A stretch of DNA of 64,000 bases from Thelocarpon superellum (GCA_026025795.1 JAPEUG010000014.1:1-64000), one strand, 5' to 3'; shown: positions 37,834-52,818, numbered from the stretch's first letter. The notes: generated by a model from the letters alone, not told the origin. Made by a program: numbers and translations.

Positions 37834-37917
37834 GTGATGAGTGATAAGTGATGAGCGATAAGTGATGAGTGATGGGTGAGGAGTGATGAGTGATGAACGA
37901 CAAGTGACAAGTGACGT
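37834..37917. repeat. 7-bp degenerate tandem repeat (GTGATGA/GTGATAA) x about 12
   Basis: gtgatga gtgataa gtgatga gcgataa gtgatga gtgatgg gtgagga gtgatga gtgatga acgacaa gtgacaa gtgacgt. Confidence 0.85.
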
Positions 37918-38069
37918 TGCTAGACTCGGCACCGACCGGAAGGGCCCGAAATAGAATCCTGAGATTCCAATGATCCCAAAGATCGACCGACTCAACTACC
38001 TCCTGCCTCCTGCCTGACACCGTGCGAGGAGCAGCCCGCCGAACCGCGTGCGAGACCAGGCTTTCCAAG

Positions 38070-38378
38070 ATGTCCGACGTCAAAGCTCCATCCCTGGCAC
38101 TCACCGCCACCTACGTCTCTCCCACGGCGGAACGAACCTTCTCACATCCCCTCCCAACGTCTGCCAATGAGTTGGCCTCATCCGATGCCAAAACTGCCTA
38201 TCTGGCGGCTCTACGTAGCAACGTGACCAAACTACAGGAAGACGTCAACTCCTTCTTGACTCAGAAGATGGATGAGGATAATGCTGCGGCGGGAGGACGG
38301 GCCCAGAAGATCGCGGGCAAGGACGAGAGCAAGGAAGAGGAGAACTACGGGGAAGAAGTCATCGACGATACGACCTGA
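38070..38378 (+). CDS. GON7: EKC/KEOPS complex subunit Gon7
   Basis: LTATYVSP...KTAYLAALRSNVTKLQEDVNSFLTQKMDED...EEENYGEE, 102 aa. Confidence 0.85.
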   Translation: MSDVKAPSLALTATYVSPTAERTFSHPLPTSANELASSDAKTAYLAALRSNVTKLQEDVNSFLTQKMDEDNAAAGGRAQKIAGKDESKEEENYGEEVIDDTT

Positions 38379-38489
38379 GACACGAGAATGTGGTGAGCTC
38401 AAGGTCGAGACCATGTGCCAAGCTACAGATGCCCCCAATGCCAGCCGTACTTCTGACCCGTGCCACGCTCTCCGTGGTGCCCTCCGCGG

Positions 38490-41400
38490 TCATGATGCCG
38501 AAACCTGCCGCGGGTGATTCGTGGCCAGCCCAGGTCGTCCCCGATTTGCACAGCCATAATGCACGACGGAATTGCTGGGAGTGCGTTAGCTCTGCTGAAG
38601 CAACAAGGTACGTGGGGCTGAAGAGATCCTACTCGGGCATCACGCTGATGGCACTACCACCTAGCCGTCGATGGCACACGCCACACACTCGCTCGTCCGT
38701 GATCAGCACCCGCCGACTCCGTGCCCCGCTTTCCCCAGGGAGACCCTCACCCAGCAGCAGCGTCGCCTGCGTCCGGATCCGCTCGACCTTCTGCAAGCCC
38801 ATCACCACCCGACCTTGATGGACGAGCGAGTTCGCGGCACGAATCCGACCGCGGAAGTAGGACTCCAGGTCGTGGATCGGAAGGGTCTCGGGGATCAAGT
38901 TCAACGTCGAGGATGCTGGCAGGCGAGATCCATGCTTGGATAGCAGATGCAGCGCCGGCGCCCAGTCAGGCTGGTGCGGCGGTGGGGGGGCAAGGTAGAG
39001 CGAGAGTAGCGTATGGTAGATGGACGGAGGCGCGTCATCCTCAAAGCTGGACCGAGTCGCCGATGATGGTGCCACCGCCGAGCTTGCTGCTGCCGTCTCC
39101 TGTGCGAGATGGATCTGGTTACAATATCTACCACCGGTGAATCGCTCGATTTATCCCCACGGCATCAGGGAGACATACTCTTCGGCCTTTTCGTGATCCT
39201 GCAGCTTGAACACGTAGATCTCAAGCGCTTGCTTGTGCTGACCCATCTTGCTCAGCACCAGGGCACGTGCTTCGTAGAACTCCGGATCTATGCCGGCTTA
39301 GCATCACAGCACACTCTCCGAGAGGATCGAAGATCGCACCATCACGCGGGATGAGATTCAGCGCCTTGGCGGTGGAATACTGCTGGCTCGTGCGGAGAAA
39401 GACCAGCAGCCTCTCTTGCCAGTCGGTCCGCTCGGCTTCGCTGCGAAAGTCGGGCCAGTGTCGGTCGGGACCGTCGTTGCGCCAGTCCAAACGCTCCAGA
39501 TAGAGATGGACCAGTCGTTGATGGAAGGCCGGCGTCAGGTCATTCAGCTCGTGGATGATGTGCTCGAGATAGGTGACGGCTAGCGTGTCGTCGATGCCGT
39601 GCAGAAAGGCGACGACCCGGTCTCGCGGAAGCGTCTCCGCGTTTTCCGTGTCGGCCAGGAAGATCTGCATCCCCGCCTCGGCATCCTCGCGGAGCGGCCA
39701 CGCAGCGAATTCGAGGATGAGATCGATCTCGGCCGCTGGGATGGCTTGCAGATAGGCGATGGTCCGGCGAGGACCACGGAGGGGGGGTGGGGCTTCCCCG
39801 GCTCCATCGCCCTGACCAAATCGCCGCAACAGCTCGAGAGCGGGTCGGTGGAGCTTTTTCCCGTGGAAAAAGTCCACCAGCTCCCCGTATCGACCAGTCT
39901 CCAGGAGCTTGCGGTTGACGACATCCGGATCACAAAAGTTGGCAATCCGAAACAGCGATCCAGCCAGGCCCGGCCGGGCCAACATGTAGGCTTTGAAAAG
40001 GGTGGTGTCGACCAGGCGAGCAACCCCCGGGAGCACCACGGCCCAATCCTCGTTGGCGGTGGGCGAGGGGGCGTCGAGAAACTTGGCCAGCTCCGCCGGT
40101 TGCTCCGTTGCCGCGCCCGTCAGCGTTCCATCCGGCGTCAGAAAGCGTTGCAACCGGCGCCGATGATCGGCGAGGAAGCTACATAGCCCGCCCACGGCCT
40201 CGAGCAGATCGTCGCCCTCTAAGCGCGCGCGGTCGGATACGGCGCCTAGCCGTGGACTGGCGACACTCGCCGCGTCGCTCACTGCTCCGCCCTCGGTCCG
40301 GCGTGACGACGCGGTCGATGCCGTCTCTGAGGCGGCGGTGTGCGGCCGTGGTATGCGCGCCTCCGCTGTCGCCGACAGATCACCGGCGATGCTCGGGGGA
40401 TACAGGCGGATTACTGTCTCGGGCGGAGCTGCCACATCGGTGAACAGATCCAAAGCATCACGATATTTCTGCGCGTCAAAGAGGGAACGGGCTTTGCGCA
40501 TCTGGATCATGCGCAGTCGTCCAAACTTGTCGTCAAGTAACGCGTCCTCGAGCAGGTTGAGTAAACTGATGGCCTCGTCGAACCGCTCAAGCGCGACCAG
40601 CTCATCGACCTGTGCGCCGTAATCCGTTGCCGCCATGCGCCAGATGCATCGTTCACTGACCACCAAGAATCCCTTCCCCGCATGGGCGAGACTGACGTTG
40701 GGCGGGGGGACATGGATTTGCGTGGCGTGCAGCAGGGGAATCGTTTGGAGAAGCGTGTGCGTCTCGGGGTTGCGCACCTCTACCGTGCCTTTGGCTGTAC
40801 TGTTCAGCGCGAGAATAAAGGGGTAGGAGAAGGCCAGGGCATCTGGCGCGGTCGACCATGGAATCTGTCGAGTTGGAAGCGGAGCACCGTCGGCGTCGAT
40901 GAAGAGGGTATTGATGTCCCGTGCCAGAAGGAGGTTGCCATCTGTCAGTCGCGTCGCCAAGGACTTGGGTCCCCAGCTTCCCATCCCCATGTAGCCCATA
41001 CCTGCCGCACCCACTCCTCCGAGCCGGCTGGTGTCGGATCCGCTGGCCCCGCCGATGCTGCCCGGGCCCACAATGTCGACCACGTGGGCCTTTTCCACCT
41101 CCACCATCACATAGCCGGCCGACAAGCCGCAGATGATGGTCGTCGCACGCGCCCAGGTCAAGAATTTGGCAGCACTGGCCAGGGTGATTTCGGTGACGTC
41201 GGAAGAGAGCTCGGTGTCTTGCCACGACCAGATCAGCAGACGCCGTTTGACGGCGACGGCAAGACGGGTGACAATGGACGGCACGCCCGTGGAGGCATCT
41301 TTGATGATGTCCGACGTGACGGCAAAGGTCGTGGCGCCTTTGGTGCGGGTGAGGTGCTCTTGGAGCGTATACTCCTGTAGGTCGTGGATAGAGACGGCGC

Positions 41401-41793
41401 TGTCGGACAAGGAGATCAAGAGGTTGGCCTCCTTGACCATCGCCAGTTGCTGGATGGCTTTGGTCGAGAACTTTTCAACTTCGCGAAGCAGATCGACGGC
41501 AGTTGAAGGTGGCGGCGAAGGTTCATCCTGTCCGTCCGTGCCCGTGCCCTTCCCATCGCTGTCGAGCGGCCCACTCTGGGTCGGGGCCGGTTCATCGTTG
41601 ATTCGGTATATTCGGAGGCTACCAGTGTTCAGTCCCACCAGAAGTCGGTCCCCTAGAGAGCAAGGGATCAGTGGAGGGCATCAGAGATATGGCACAAGCA
41701 CGGGGAGGTACCATAGGCGAGGATGGACTCGATCTTGGATTTGTCACGTTGCTTGAGCTCCACGATCGGTCGAGCCGTGAAGGCGGAGAGCAT
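38490..41793 (-). CDS. VPS39: HOPS subunit Vps39/Vam6 (AvaB)
   Basis: MLSAFTARPIVELK...AYG|DRLLVGLNTGSLRIY (CNH domain), LVDTTLFKAYM, LFRIANFCDP, LVDFFHGKKLHRPALELL, RVCGVCHRRLGGSAISVMP|DNSVVHYGC. Confidence 0.95.
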
Positions 41794-42338
41794 GATGCCC
41801 CACCTGCCCTCAAAGGCCACACCAGTCCCGCAGACAGCTTAGAGAACGAAGACTCACCGACGATACGCCCGAGTGAGAAGTGAAGATCAACCCTGCAGCT
41901 TGTGCGGACGATGCCGCAATCATGTAAGGGGGGCCCTGGACCTGCATGAGATGTGCCGAAGCTCTTGGGGGACCCTGGGGCAGAGGAGCAGCACGGCGGA
42001 AGTTCCCGTCGATGGCCCATGACTGCGAATGTCCGTCATCGGACCGCTGCCCTCAAACCATCGGCGAGACCATCCACATGCGACACAGCGTCTTTAATCG
42101 CACCGGATAATCCATCTTCTTGTGTTGGTGCGTCTATACCAAGTGTCCACCATCTCCTCCCGTCAATATAGCCCCTCGACTATCACGGACAGGGTCCCTG
42201 GCGGCAGGGCCTGTCCATGACCTGCTCGAGCTTGACGACCTCCACGGCCGTCCGCCCGCTCGAGCACGGGCACGGGCACGCACTGATAAGACCGGGGCGC
42301 CTCGGGGTCGTGAGGCCACCCTCCGACCCGCCGACGAG

Positions 42339-45089
42339 ATGAAGTTCTCCCGGAGCCTCCAGTTTAACGCGGTGCCTGAGTGGAGCAGCCATTATATCGC
42401 CTATAGCAATTTGAAGAAGCTGTGAGCCTCGCGACCCCACCCTCCAAGGGGATGACGTGCTGATCCGTCTGGCACAGAATCTATACGCTGGAGAAGGCAT
42501 CGCACCAAGGTACCGGAGTTGAGGCGTCGGACGTGGAGGCTTCCCCGATCTTGGCCGAGCACACTGCCGATCCTGATCCTGTCTTCGAGCGATCTCTCGA
42601 TGCCGAGCTCAAGAAGATCTGCGCCTTTTACGAGAGCAAAGAAGCGGAAGTCTACGACGAGGTCAAGGCGCTCCTGCACGATGCCGAGATCTTTCTGGCA
42701 CACCGGGAGGAGGACGCCGAGTTTGCCGACGCGGGGCCAGGGAGCCGCGGAGGGAGCGTGGCGGGTGGCCGGTCACGCGCCGGGAGCATCTTCAAGACTT
42801 TTGGCTTCAAGAAACCAAAGTGGGCTGGTGCACGAGATATCTTGATCGAAGAAGACGGGGACGAGAGTGACGATGATGAGCCCGACGAGGGCGCTGCCCT
42901 CGCCCGTCCGCCGAACGGACGTTCGCGCAGCAGCACGTGGGACAGCCAGACGATGAGCACCGACGGCATGAGAAGCTCGCGGGAGTGGCCCTCCAAAGTC
43001 CGTCGATCGAGTCAGCTGCTGGATGACTACAGCGAGCAGGCCTTTGCCGTCCTCTACGACTCGGCCATCACCATCAAGAAGCGTACCATCTCTCTCTATG
43101 TGTCGTTGTGCGAGCTGCGCTCCTTCATCCAACTCAACCGGACCGGCTTCACCAAGGCGCTCAAGAAATACGACAAGACCCTCGACCGACACATGAAGCA
43201 TGCCTACATGGCGGGTGCCATCGATCGAGCCTACCCCTTCCGCAAGGAGACGATGCAGTCGCTATCCGAGTTCATCTCCCGACTCGAGAAGGCGTATGCC
43301 GACGTCGTCACCAAGGAAGACCTGCCGGAGGCGAAGCGCGAGCTCCGTCTCCATCTCCGGGAACACGTTGTCTGGGAGCGGAACACCGTGTGGCGCGAGA
43401 TGATTGGGATCGAGCGAAAGGCGCAGGCTGCGAGCATGGGCATCCGGCAGACCATCCTCGGCGCCGATGATGATCCCTCCAAGGCGCGACGGCAAGGGGA
43501 CGATCCCGAGGCTACCATGTCTAAAGAGTTTCGGACCCCGCTAGGACGCATCTACGTCCCAGCTATCCTGCTCACGCCCAACTTCCTGGCGTTGCTGGGT
43601 ATCCTGGCGGTCTTCGTGGTGATGCTCAACGTGCCCATCCTCGACCAGCCCGAGCAGCAGAACTGCCTGGCCATGCTGGTCTTTGTCAGCTTGCTATGGG
43701 CCACGGAGGTAAGCGTGCTTTATCAGCGTACGGAAGGCCTCTGACGGACCCCCCCCCCAGGTGATCCCCCTCTTCGTCACCTCGCTCCTCATTCCGTTCC
43801 TGGTCGTGGTACTGCAAGTGGTGCGTGACGACCAGAAGCCGCACGGCCGGCTGCCCGCCACGACAGCGGCCAAGTACATCTTCGCGGCCATGTGGACGCC
43901 CGTCATCATGCTGCTGTTGGGCGGATTCGCCATCGCGGCGGCGCTGTCCAAGTTCGACATCGCCAAGCTGCTGGCCACCTTTGTGCTGAGCAAGGCCGGC
44001 ACGCGGCCGCGCACGGTGCTCATCACCAACATGTTCGTGGCCATGGTGGCCAGCATGTGGATCAGCAACGTGGCGGCGCCGGTGCTGTGCTTCTCCATCA
44101 TCCAGCCCATGCTGCGCAACCTGCCGTCGGACTCGCGCTTCTCCAAGGCGCTGATCCTCGGCATCGCGCTCGCCTCCAACATCGGCGGCATGGCCTCGCC
44201 CATCGCCTCGCCGCAGAACATCATCGCGCTGCAGAACATGAAGCCGCAGCCGAGCTGGGGCGTGTGGTTCTTCGTCGCCCTGCCCGTGTGCATCGTCTCC
44301 ATCCTGCTCATCTGGCTGCTCCTCCTCGTCACCTTCCAGCCCGGTCGGGGCACCACCATCGTGCCCATTCGGCCCATGAAGGACAGCTTCACCGGGACGC
44401 AGTGGTTCATCTCGGGCGTCACCATCACCACCATCCTCCTCTGGTGCGTCACGCATCAACTGGAGGCCTACCTGGGCGACATGGGCGTCGTGGCCGTCAT
44501 CCCGCTCGTGCTGTTCTTCGGCACGGGCATCCTGACGAAAGAAGACTTTAACAATTTCCTCTGGACCATCATCATCCTGGCTGCCGGCGGCCTCTCGCTC
44601 GGCAAGGCCGTCAACTCGTCCGGTCTCCTGCATACCATCGCCGGTGGCATCACGGCCAAAGTCAACGGCATGAGTCTGTACGGCGTTCTCCTTGTCTTTG
44701 CTTCGTTGATCCTCGTCGTTGCCACCTTCATCTCCCACACCGTCGCCGCTCTCATCATTCTGCCGCTGGTCCACCAGGTGGGACTGGGCATGGACGAGCC
44801 GCATCCGAATCTGCTCGTCATGGGCGGCGCGTTGATCTGTTCCGCCGCCATGGGACTGCCCGTCAGTGGCTTCCCTAATATGAGTACGACCCTATTTCCT
44901 AGTGTGCGACATCGAGGCGCCCGCAGCTGACTGTGTGCAATAGCGGCCATCATGATGGAAGACTCCCAAACCGGACAGCGCTATCTTCGCGTGCGCCATT
45001 TCATCAGCCGGGGCATTCCCAGCAGCCTTATGACATTGGTGGTGGTGGTGACTTTGGGATTCGGTCTCATGCGGGTCGTGGGCTTGTAA
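42339..45089 (+). CDS. PHO91: SPX-domain low-affinity phosphate transporter (Pho87/90/91 family)
   Basis: MKFSRSLQFNAVPEWSSHYIAYSNLKKL, QLNRTGFTKALKKYDK, REHVVWERNTVWR, WATE|VIPLFVTS, SMWISNVAAP, ISHTVAA, SGFPN; introns 42422-42477, 43709-43760, 44884-44943; paralog identity uncertain. Confidence 0.9.
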
Positions 45090-45206
45090 CGTGCAGGCAT
45101 ACGTGCACGGATCGAAGGTCAGGAGTCTCTCGGATATGGGTCAAGCAGGGTAGAATTTTGGGGCGTTGTCACGAGCCTTGCGACCCGAGTGGTGTTATGT
45201 CGCGAC

Positions 45207-46599
45207 TCATGTAGTCAACGCTTTACTCTTGGTCCGTCCAAGACCGTCCCTGGCGTAGTAATCCATGGGGTATACGCCGTCGTTGCCCTCCACCCACCCT
45301 GGGCGCTGGCCTAGAGCGACGAGGGCTTCATAGGGACTCAGCAGCGGGCAGGAGAACGCATAGCCCCAGTCGATACTCAGCCGGGGACACGCCACCTGGA
45401 CCCAGCACTCCACGTCGGACATCATGGCCAGTTTTTCGGGGAAGATCTCGCTGAGCAAGAGCGTCACGAACGGGATGTTGCGCGCTTGAAGCCGCTCCTC
45501 GATCAACGTCATAGTGTGCGGGTTCCCCTGGCGGCCCAGCGCACCCAGAATCAGTCCCCACTTGGTGGCACGCTGGGCCGTCTGGATGGCCTGCGTCCGG
45601 AGCGACTGCATCTCCGTGTGGTCGTAGGTCTCGCGGGTCAGCGTGCGTGCGTAGGGATCATAGCGATATGCAGGGAGATCCGGGTTGTGGATCATGGCCG
45701 ACTCGAGGTGGAATCTCCCGTCTCCGAGGTACAGGAGGAGATCGACGTCGTCCGACGTCGTGAGACGGGGCGAGGTACAGCCGAGGATCTCGCCCTTGCT
45801 CAACGGCGCCGTCTGTGGAACGAGGATGCGAAAGCCAGCACGCTCCAGCTCGGGCGTGATGGAGTGCAGGGTGGCGTTGAACTGGATCGTCCCTAACATG
45901 GCGATGGTCTTGCCACTTTCGAAATTTCGCTCGAGGCTGGCGAGCAGATGGGCCGTGTCGATCCCGATGTCGACAAAGACGTATAGCGTCTTGATCTTGG
46001 TCACGTCGACGGGGATCAGGCAGCTGTGGGCGTAGTGCACCAGCAGGTCACACCCGAGGGCCCGGGCGGTGTAGTCGTCGATGCAGCAGGCGCCATACGT
46101 AACGTCGCCCATGATCAGCGTCTCGGTGCCCGGACAGAAATGGGTCAGGATGTCAGAGATAGTGGTGGCAAAGAGAAGGAGACCCTCGGGAAATTGGAGG
46201 GCCACCTTGCGGGCGCCGGAGGTGCGAATCCGATGGATGGTCTTGTGGATTTCAAAGGAGTAGTTCGGGGGCAAAAGGGCGACCGCATCAGCAAGCTCCG
46301 GGTCGTTGAGTAATTCTGGCGGCACATGATTCAGGAGACGGGCCGATTGACGTGCCGGTGCGACTGCAGATGTTCAGTTCTTGAATGGGTAGCCGTCTCA
46401 TGGAAACCGTGGGTCACATACCTTGGATCGCCCCGCTCTCCTCGATTGTACCTTTTGACGAAGCTTGCGAGGCACTCTCCACCGTTGACCGCTTCCCAAC
46501 AAACCTCCTCCTAGGCTGTCGCTGCGAAGGGTTGGATCCTGACAGAAGCTCGGCCTCTACAGCTCGGCCTATATCTACCTGGTCCCGATCTTCCTCCAT
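45207..46599 (-). CDS. DPH1: Diphthamide biosynthesis protein 1
   Basis: [73 protein letters not shown]; one 5' intron. Confidence 0.95.
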
Positions 46600-47216
46600 C
46601 TGAGTACGGTACGAGGACGATGAGATCAAGGTGGAGAATTGGAGATTTGACTCCTCGGGACTGATGTCACACAACCAAAGCCCAGCACGGGATTAGTTAT
46701 CCATTTGTCGTACTTCATTCAATTGGACTGCTTCCTGGGGCAGAAGGTTGACGCATCAAGGGCCATTGGACAGCCTAGAGAATGAAAGATGTAGTTGGAG
46801 TGGAAGATAGACAAAGGGTGAGGGGGGCGTTCAGCGTATCGCTTGCTCGGTCACCGGCGTTTCTTGAAGCGCGGGGCAACTCAGGCACCTCGCCGCCGCA
46901 GCCAGCAGCAACAATGGTAGTGGAAAGACAGCCTCTCAACAAGACTAAGATTTCGATTCAATAATCCGCGGCTGTGTAGCAGAACGTTGATCTCCAGATC
47001 TGTCTTCTATGTTGTATCTTTGGATCGGCGTCAACCTTTCCCCTTCCACTGCAAATAACACCAACGCTGATGAAAAGGGAAACATCTCCGATGCCCTCCT
47101 CTTCAACGTCCCAGCTATCGTCGTTCTGGCAGGTCATCCTAAGCAAGCTTAGTATTTCTCAGCAGACCGGCTGATTTCTGCTCCCCGGCCCTCCAGGATC
47201 CTGCCTTCTAATCCAA

Positions 47217-48109
47217 CTAGACGGTCGCACGATTAGATGTCGGAGCTTTCCGCCGACCGGCTATGATCATAGTGGCGCCCAAGGCGAACAGGACGCAAAG
47301 GGCGAACAATGCCCACTGTGTACCCTGCACCACCACTCCTTGATTGACTTTCCAGCTATTGCTCCCCTCCCTCTCCAAAATCGCCTGTATTCCCGACACC
47401 GTCGTCGTCGTTGCAAAAGCCGAAGTCAACACAGTGACGGCCGATATCCAAAGAAAGCTCACTGTAGGTGTTCCCAGCGGCCGTACGTGCCTGTCGCCAC
47501 CTGAATCTGCTTTTGCTTCTGTAGATCTGTGAAAGCAGCATTTGAACAGTCCCAAGCAGAGAATGCCCAGGGTAGAGAAGACGCCCGGGACGGCCAAGAG
47601 TGGGGGGAAGATGTTGCGTTGCAAGTCCAGGACGAATCGCAACAGCTCCGTCATCGACGCACTGAGAGCGAGCTGAGGACCAAGATCATTCGCAGCGATG
47701 CTACTGGGGACGAGACATGTCTGATTTCCTACAGCCGTGGTACTGCACAATCCTGCTGGCCCGGAGCGTGTTTAGCATATACACAATGGCGTAAAGGGTA
47801 TAGACAAGTTACCAAAGTATCCAAAACTGACGGTTCCTGATGAATTGGAGGCTTGAAACTCTGCGATGAAGAAGTTGGGAATGGCTGGGGAGGTCGAGGT
47901 ACAGCCTGTCAAAGCTAGGCCTGAGTTTCTTATCAGAGATAAAGCAGAGTGCTGTGCGTAGGTAGCTCACCGAATAAGGTCAGAATCGGGAGAACAAGGA
48001 TCCAGACTACGGCTTAAAATGCAATGTTATCTGGCCCTTGAGTTTAGCTCGCCATAACATAGATGGTATGGAATGCGTTGGATCTCGTACTGCTGGACCT
48101 GGTCGCCAT
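47217..48109 (-). CDS. Fig1/SUR7 (claudin-like) multi-pass membrane protein, putative
   Basis: Spliced reading VWILVLPILTLF|ALTGCTSTSPAIPNFFI...VSFGYFG|LC...C, followed by three hydrophobic helices; first exon uncertain. Confidence 0.55.
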
Positions 48110-49069
48110 CCCGATTGTCGCTTGCCAGAGAAGACACGGCAGATGGAGATGTATCGAGCGCAATAATTTAAATGAAGTATTTGGACTCGAGGCCGGGTAC
48201 TGATGATACGACCTAGATCTATGATATGAGAAACCTTTGTTCCGGAGTATTCAGCGAGGGCCACTGCATCATCGTTGTATGCAACGAGGCCTATCAAAGA
48301 GGTTCAAGACCTCGAATGGATGGCTTGAAAAGAGGAAGCAGACAAAGCTGGAGAGGCGGTGACCGTGGTTCAAGGATGAGTGTGACATCTTTGATTGCGC
48401 CCCAAACAGGGGAGAGTCACAATAACCGCTGTCCCAGAGCCAGTTTGTGCTCATCGGTCAAAGAGTGGCAAGGAAGGACGCTTTCGCGCCACAGCCAGAT
48501 CAGGGAGGCTTTTGTATCTGGTTAGTTGGCATCATTGGGCCTGCGAGGTTTCGTCGACCAGGCGAGGTCTCGCTTTGAGCGCTTACTACCGATGGTGTTG
48601 TGCGGAGCAAAGGCAGAAAGTGACCCGTTGGATCACAAACGCCGGCCTACGCGAGGCTTTCCTGTGCCTTCTCCTTCCCCCACGCCGCGCCTTGTCCTTC
48701 CCTTCCCACCGTTGCCCCCCCTTCCCTCTCACCTCTATTTCTGTTACCATGAAAAGCGCCTAAGCCGAGTGACTGATCCATACTTGTACCTATTCTAGTA
48801 GAAAAAAGTAGGAAGAGCTCCGAGACCGGAGTACGGGTGGAATTGCAAGAAGAGCTGCGTAGACATCGAATCGCGTAAATTTTACGTCGAATGTAGCCTA
48901 TACTCAACGCCCGGCATCGCTCGCTCGACGTCACGAAGAGTCCGCACCTGTTGCTCTGGCTCGGATCAGGTCACCAACATCTGCCACGACAGTACGCGAT
49001 CTCTTGCAAGCATACTCAAGCCCCTCACGCGACCTCGCCGATTATTCAGAGCAGCAAAACTGCAAAATT

Positions 49070-49141
49070 TTCCGTGCCGGGGAATTGAACCCCGAGCCTC
49101 ACGGTGAAAGCGTGAAATGTTAACCGTTACACCAGCACGGA
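49070..49141 (-). tRNA. tRNA-Glu (anticodon UUC), intronless
   Basis: Reverse complement TCCGTGC TGGTGTAACGGTTAACATT TCACG CTTTCAC CGTGA GGCT CGGGG TTCAATT CCCCG GCACGGA A; T-run terminator follows. Confidence 0.95.
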
Positions 49142-49436
49142 TTTGTCAGATAGTCCTCAAAAGTTAACTAACACCCTCAACTATCAGCCGTGCCCCGGGA
49201 TCCACTTTTGCCGACGCGATTCATGTGAGTCTCAAACTATTCGGTGCTGGCCACAGGGAGGAGATGCCGCTTGACTGAAGCCTGAAGATATCTTCCAGCC
49301 AAGAGGCCTTCGGTCATGATAACGGGAGCAGTGTTACGGTCCCAGTTCTACCGCAGTCGAGCTTGACGTATCCCGGAGTGCAAGATGCCCGTGAGCTGCC
49401 TCGCACAATATATATGGACGCTAACCACCCGTACCT

Positions 49437-51348
<1,912 letters not shown>

Positions 51349-51631
51349 CTCTCCAGCGATGAGCTTCGTGACACGCTCGTTGGAGATTCCGTCCGGCGTG
51401 AGGATGGAAGACGCACTGCGAGAGGCGATTGGTGGGATGCCTGGCAGCTAGGTCATGAGATGGAGCTGTTCGCCAACCACATTGGTCTGTGCGGTGTCCC
51501 GTGAGTGCCAAAGTACGGTCGACCGCTAAATGAGAACGCACAATTACTTGGGCAGGGCGACTAATTCAGGCTAGGTCTACGAACCTGTTCTGTGACTCCC
51601 GCCCTACGGTCCAGCTTGCAGATCCCCGGGT

Positions 51632-52818
51632 TCAGGTTGAGCTTTCTTTGGCTAAGATGGCTCTCCCAGCGCGGCTACCGTTGGCTCGCTGAAGTTCGGA
51701 CGAGATCCAACCTCCAATCTTTGCCATGGTGGTGAGATCCACTCCTGTCTCGATGCCCAGACTGTGCAGCAGATAGACAAGGTCTTCCGTGGCAACATTT
51801 CCGGTCGACCCTTTCGCATAGGGACATCCTCCAAGGCCCGCGACGCTGGCATCAAAGATCCTGATACCCTGCTCCAAAGCCACGACGCTGTTAGCCAACG
51901 CTTGTCCGTAGGTGTCATGGAGGTGCACTGCCAGCTTCTGGAACGGGACCCCGGCACGGTCTAGGGTCCGAAGTAGATCACGTAACCTGGGCGTCGTCCC
52001 CATGCCTGTTGTGTCTCCTAACGATATCTCGTCGGCACCGAGGTCAAGTAGCGAGGTCGCCAACGCTGACACCGTCGTTGGAGAGACATCGGGGCCCTCA
52101 TACGGACATCCTAGCACCACGGAGATGTACGCCCGAACGCGAATGCCGTGAGCCTTTGCGAGGGAGATGACGGGTTGGAAGCGATCCAAGGACTCGGCGA
52201 TGCTGCAATTGATGTTCTTCCGAGAGAATGATTCGGTGGCGGCGGCAAAGACGGCCACCTCATCGGGATATGACGGTGGGTGGGAAACGGAGAAAGGGGC
52301 GCCGGAAGGCACCTCATTCGCCTCTGGCGGCGGAGTCGTTGGCGGCGTCGGTGGCAAATCAGACGGTCGCTCGGTATCGCTCGCCTGGGCGGAGACCGCC
52401 AGTGCAGCCTCCAGACCCTTCATGTTTGGGACCAGAAAAGAGTACGAGATGGGATGAGATGGGTTGTCTGACCGTCTCAATATATGTTCCAATATCTGCG
52501 TCGAGTTGGCCATCTGCGATCGCTCAGCTTCTGGTGTACGTCATTCGAACGGCCGACGTTGGCACTCACCTGAGGGATCCATTTCGGGGACACGAAGGCA
52601 CCAGCCTCAATGTCCCGTAGCCCTGTTCTCGAGAGCCGATCGATCAATTCGAGCTTGGTCGGAAGAGGTACGATGGCCTTTTCATTCTGGAGCCCGTCTC
52701 GCGGCCCGACCTCAACGATTCGGACTCGATCGGGACGAAGTCGCGAACTTGAAAAGCTCCGTCGAACAGTCCATCGTAATGATGAGATCCTACAATGAAC
52801 GTTACGGGAGAAAAGCAT
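51632..52818 (-). CDS. Mitochondrial hydroxymethylglutaryl-CoA lyase
   Basis: Arg-rich presequence, [59 protein letters not shown]. Confidence 0.93.

Noticed and set aside
37676..38110. N-terminal 144 aa of the 1034-aa ORF
   Set aside because: GTG-started read-through of promoter repeats overlapping GON7; the real start is more likely the ATG at 37675
48540..48560. Hammerhead ribozyme core (CGAAAC on the minus strand)
   Set aside because: No correctly placed CUGANGA and flanking stems
48749..48878. Tiny gene (ATG AAA AGC GCC TAA and a downstream exon-like stretch)
   Set aside because: No donor site links them into a coherent reading frame
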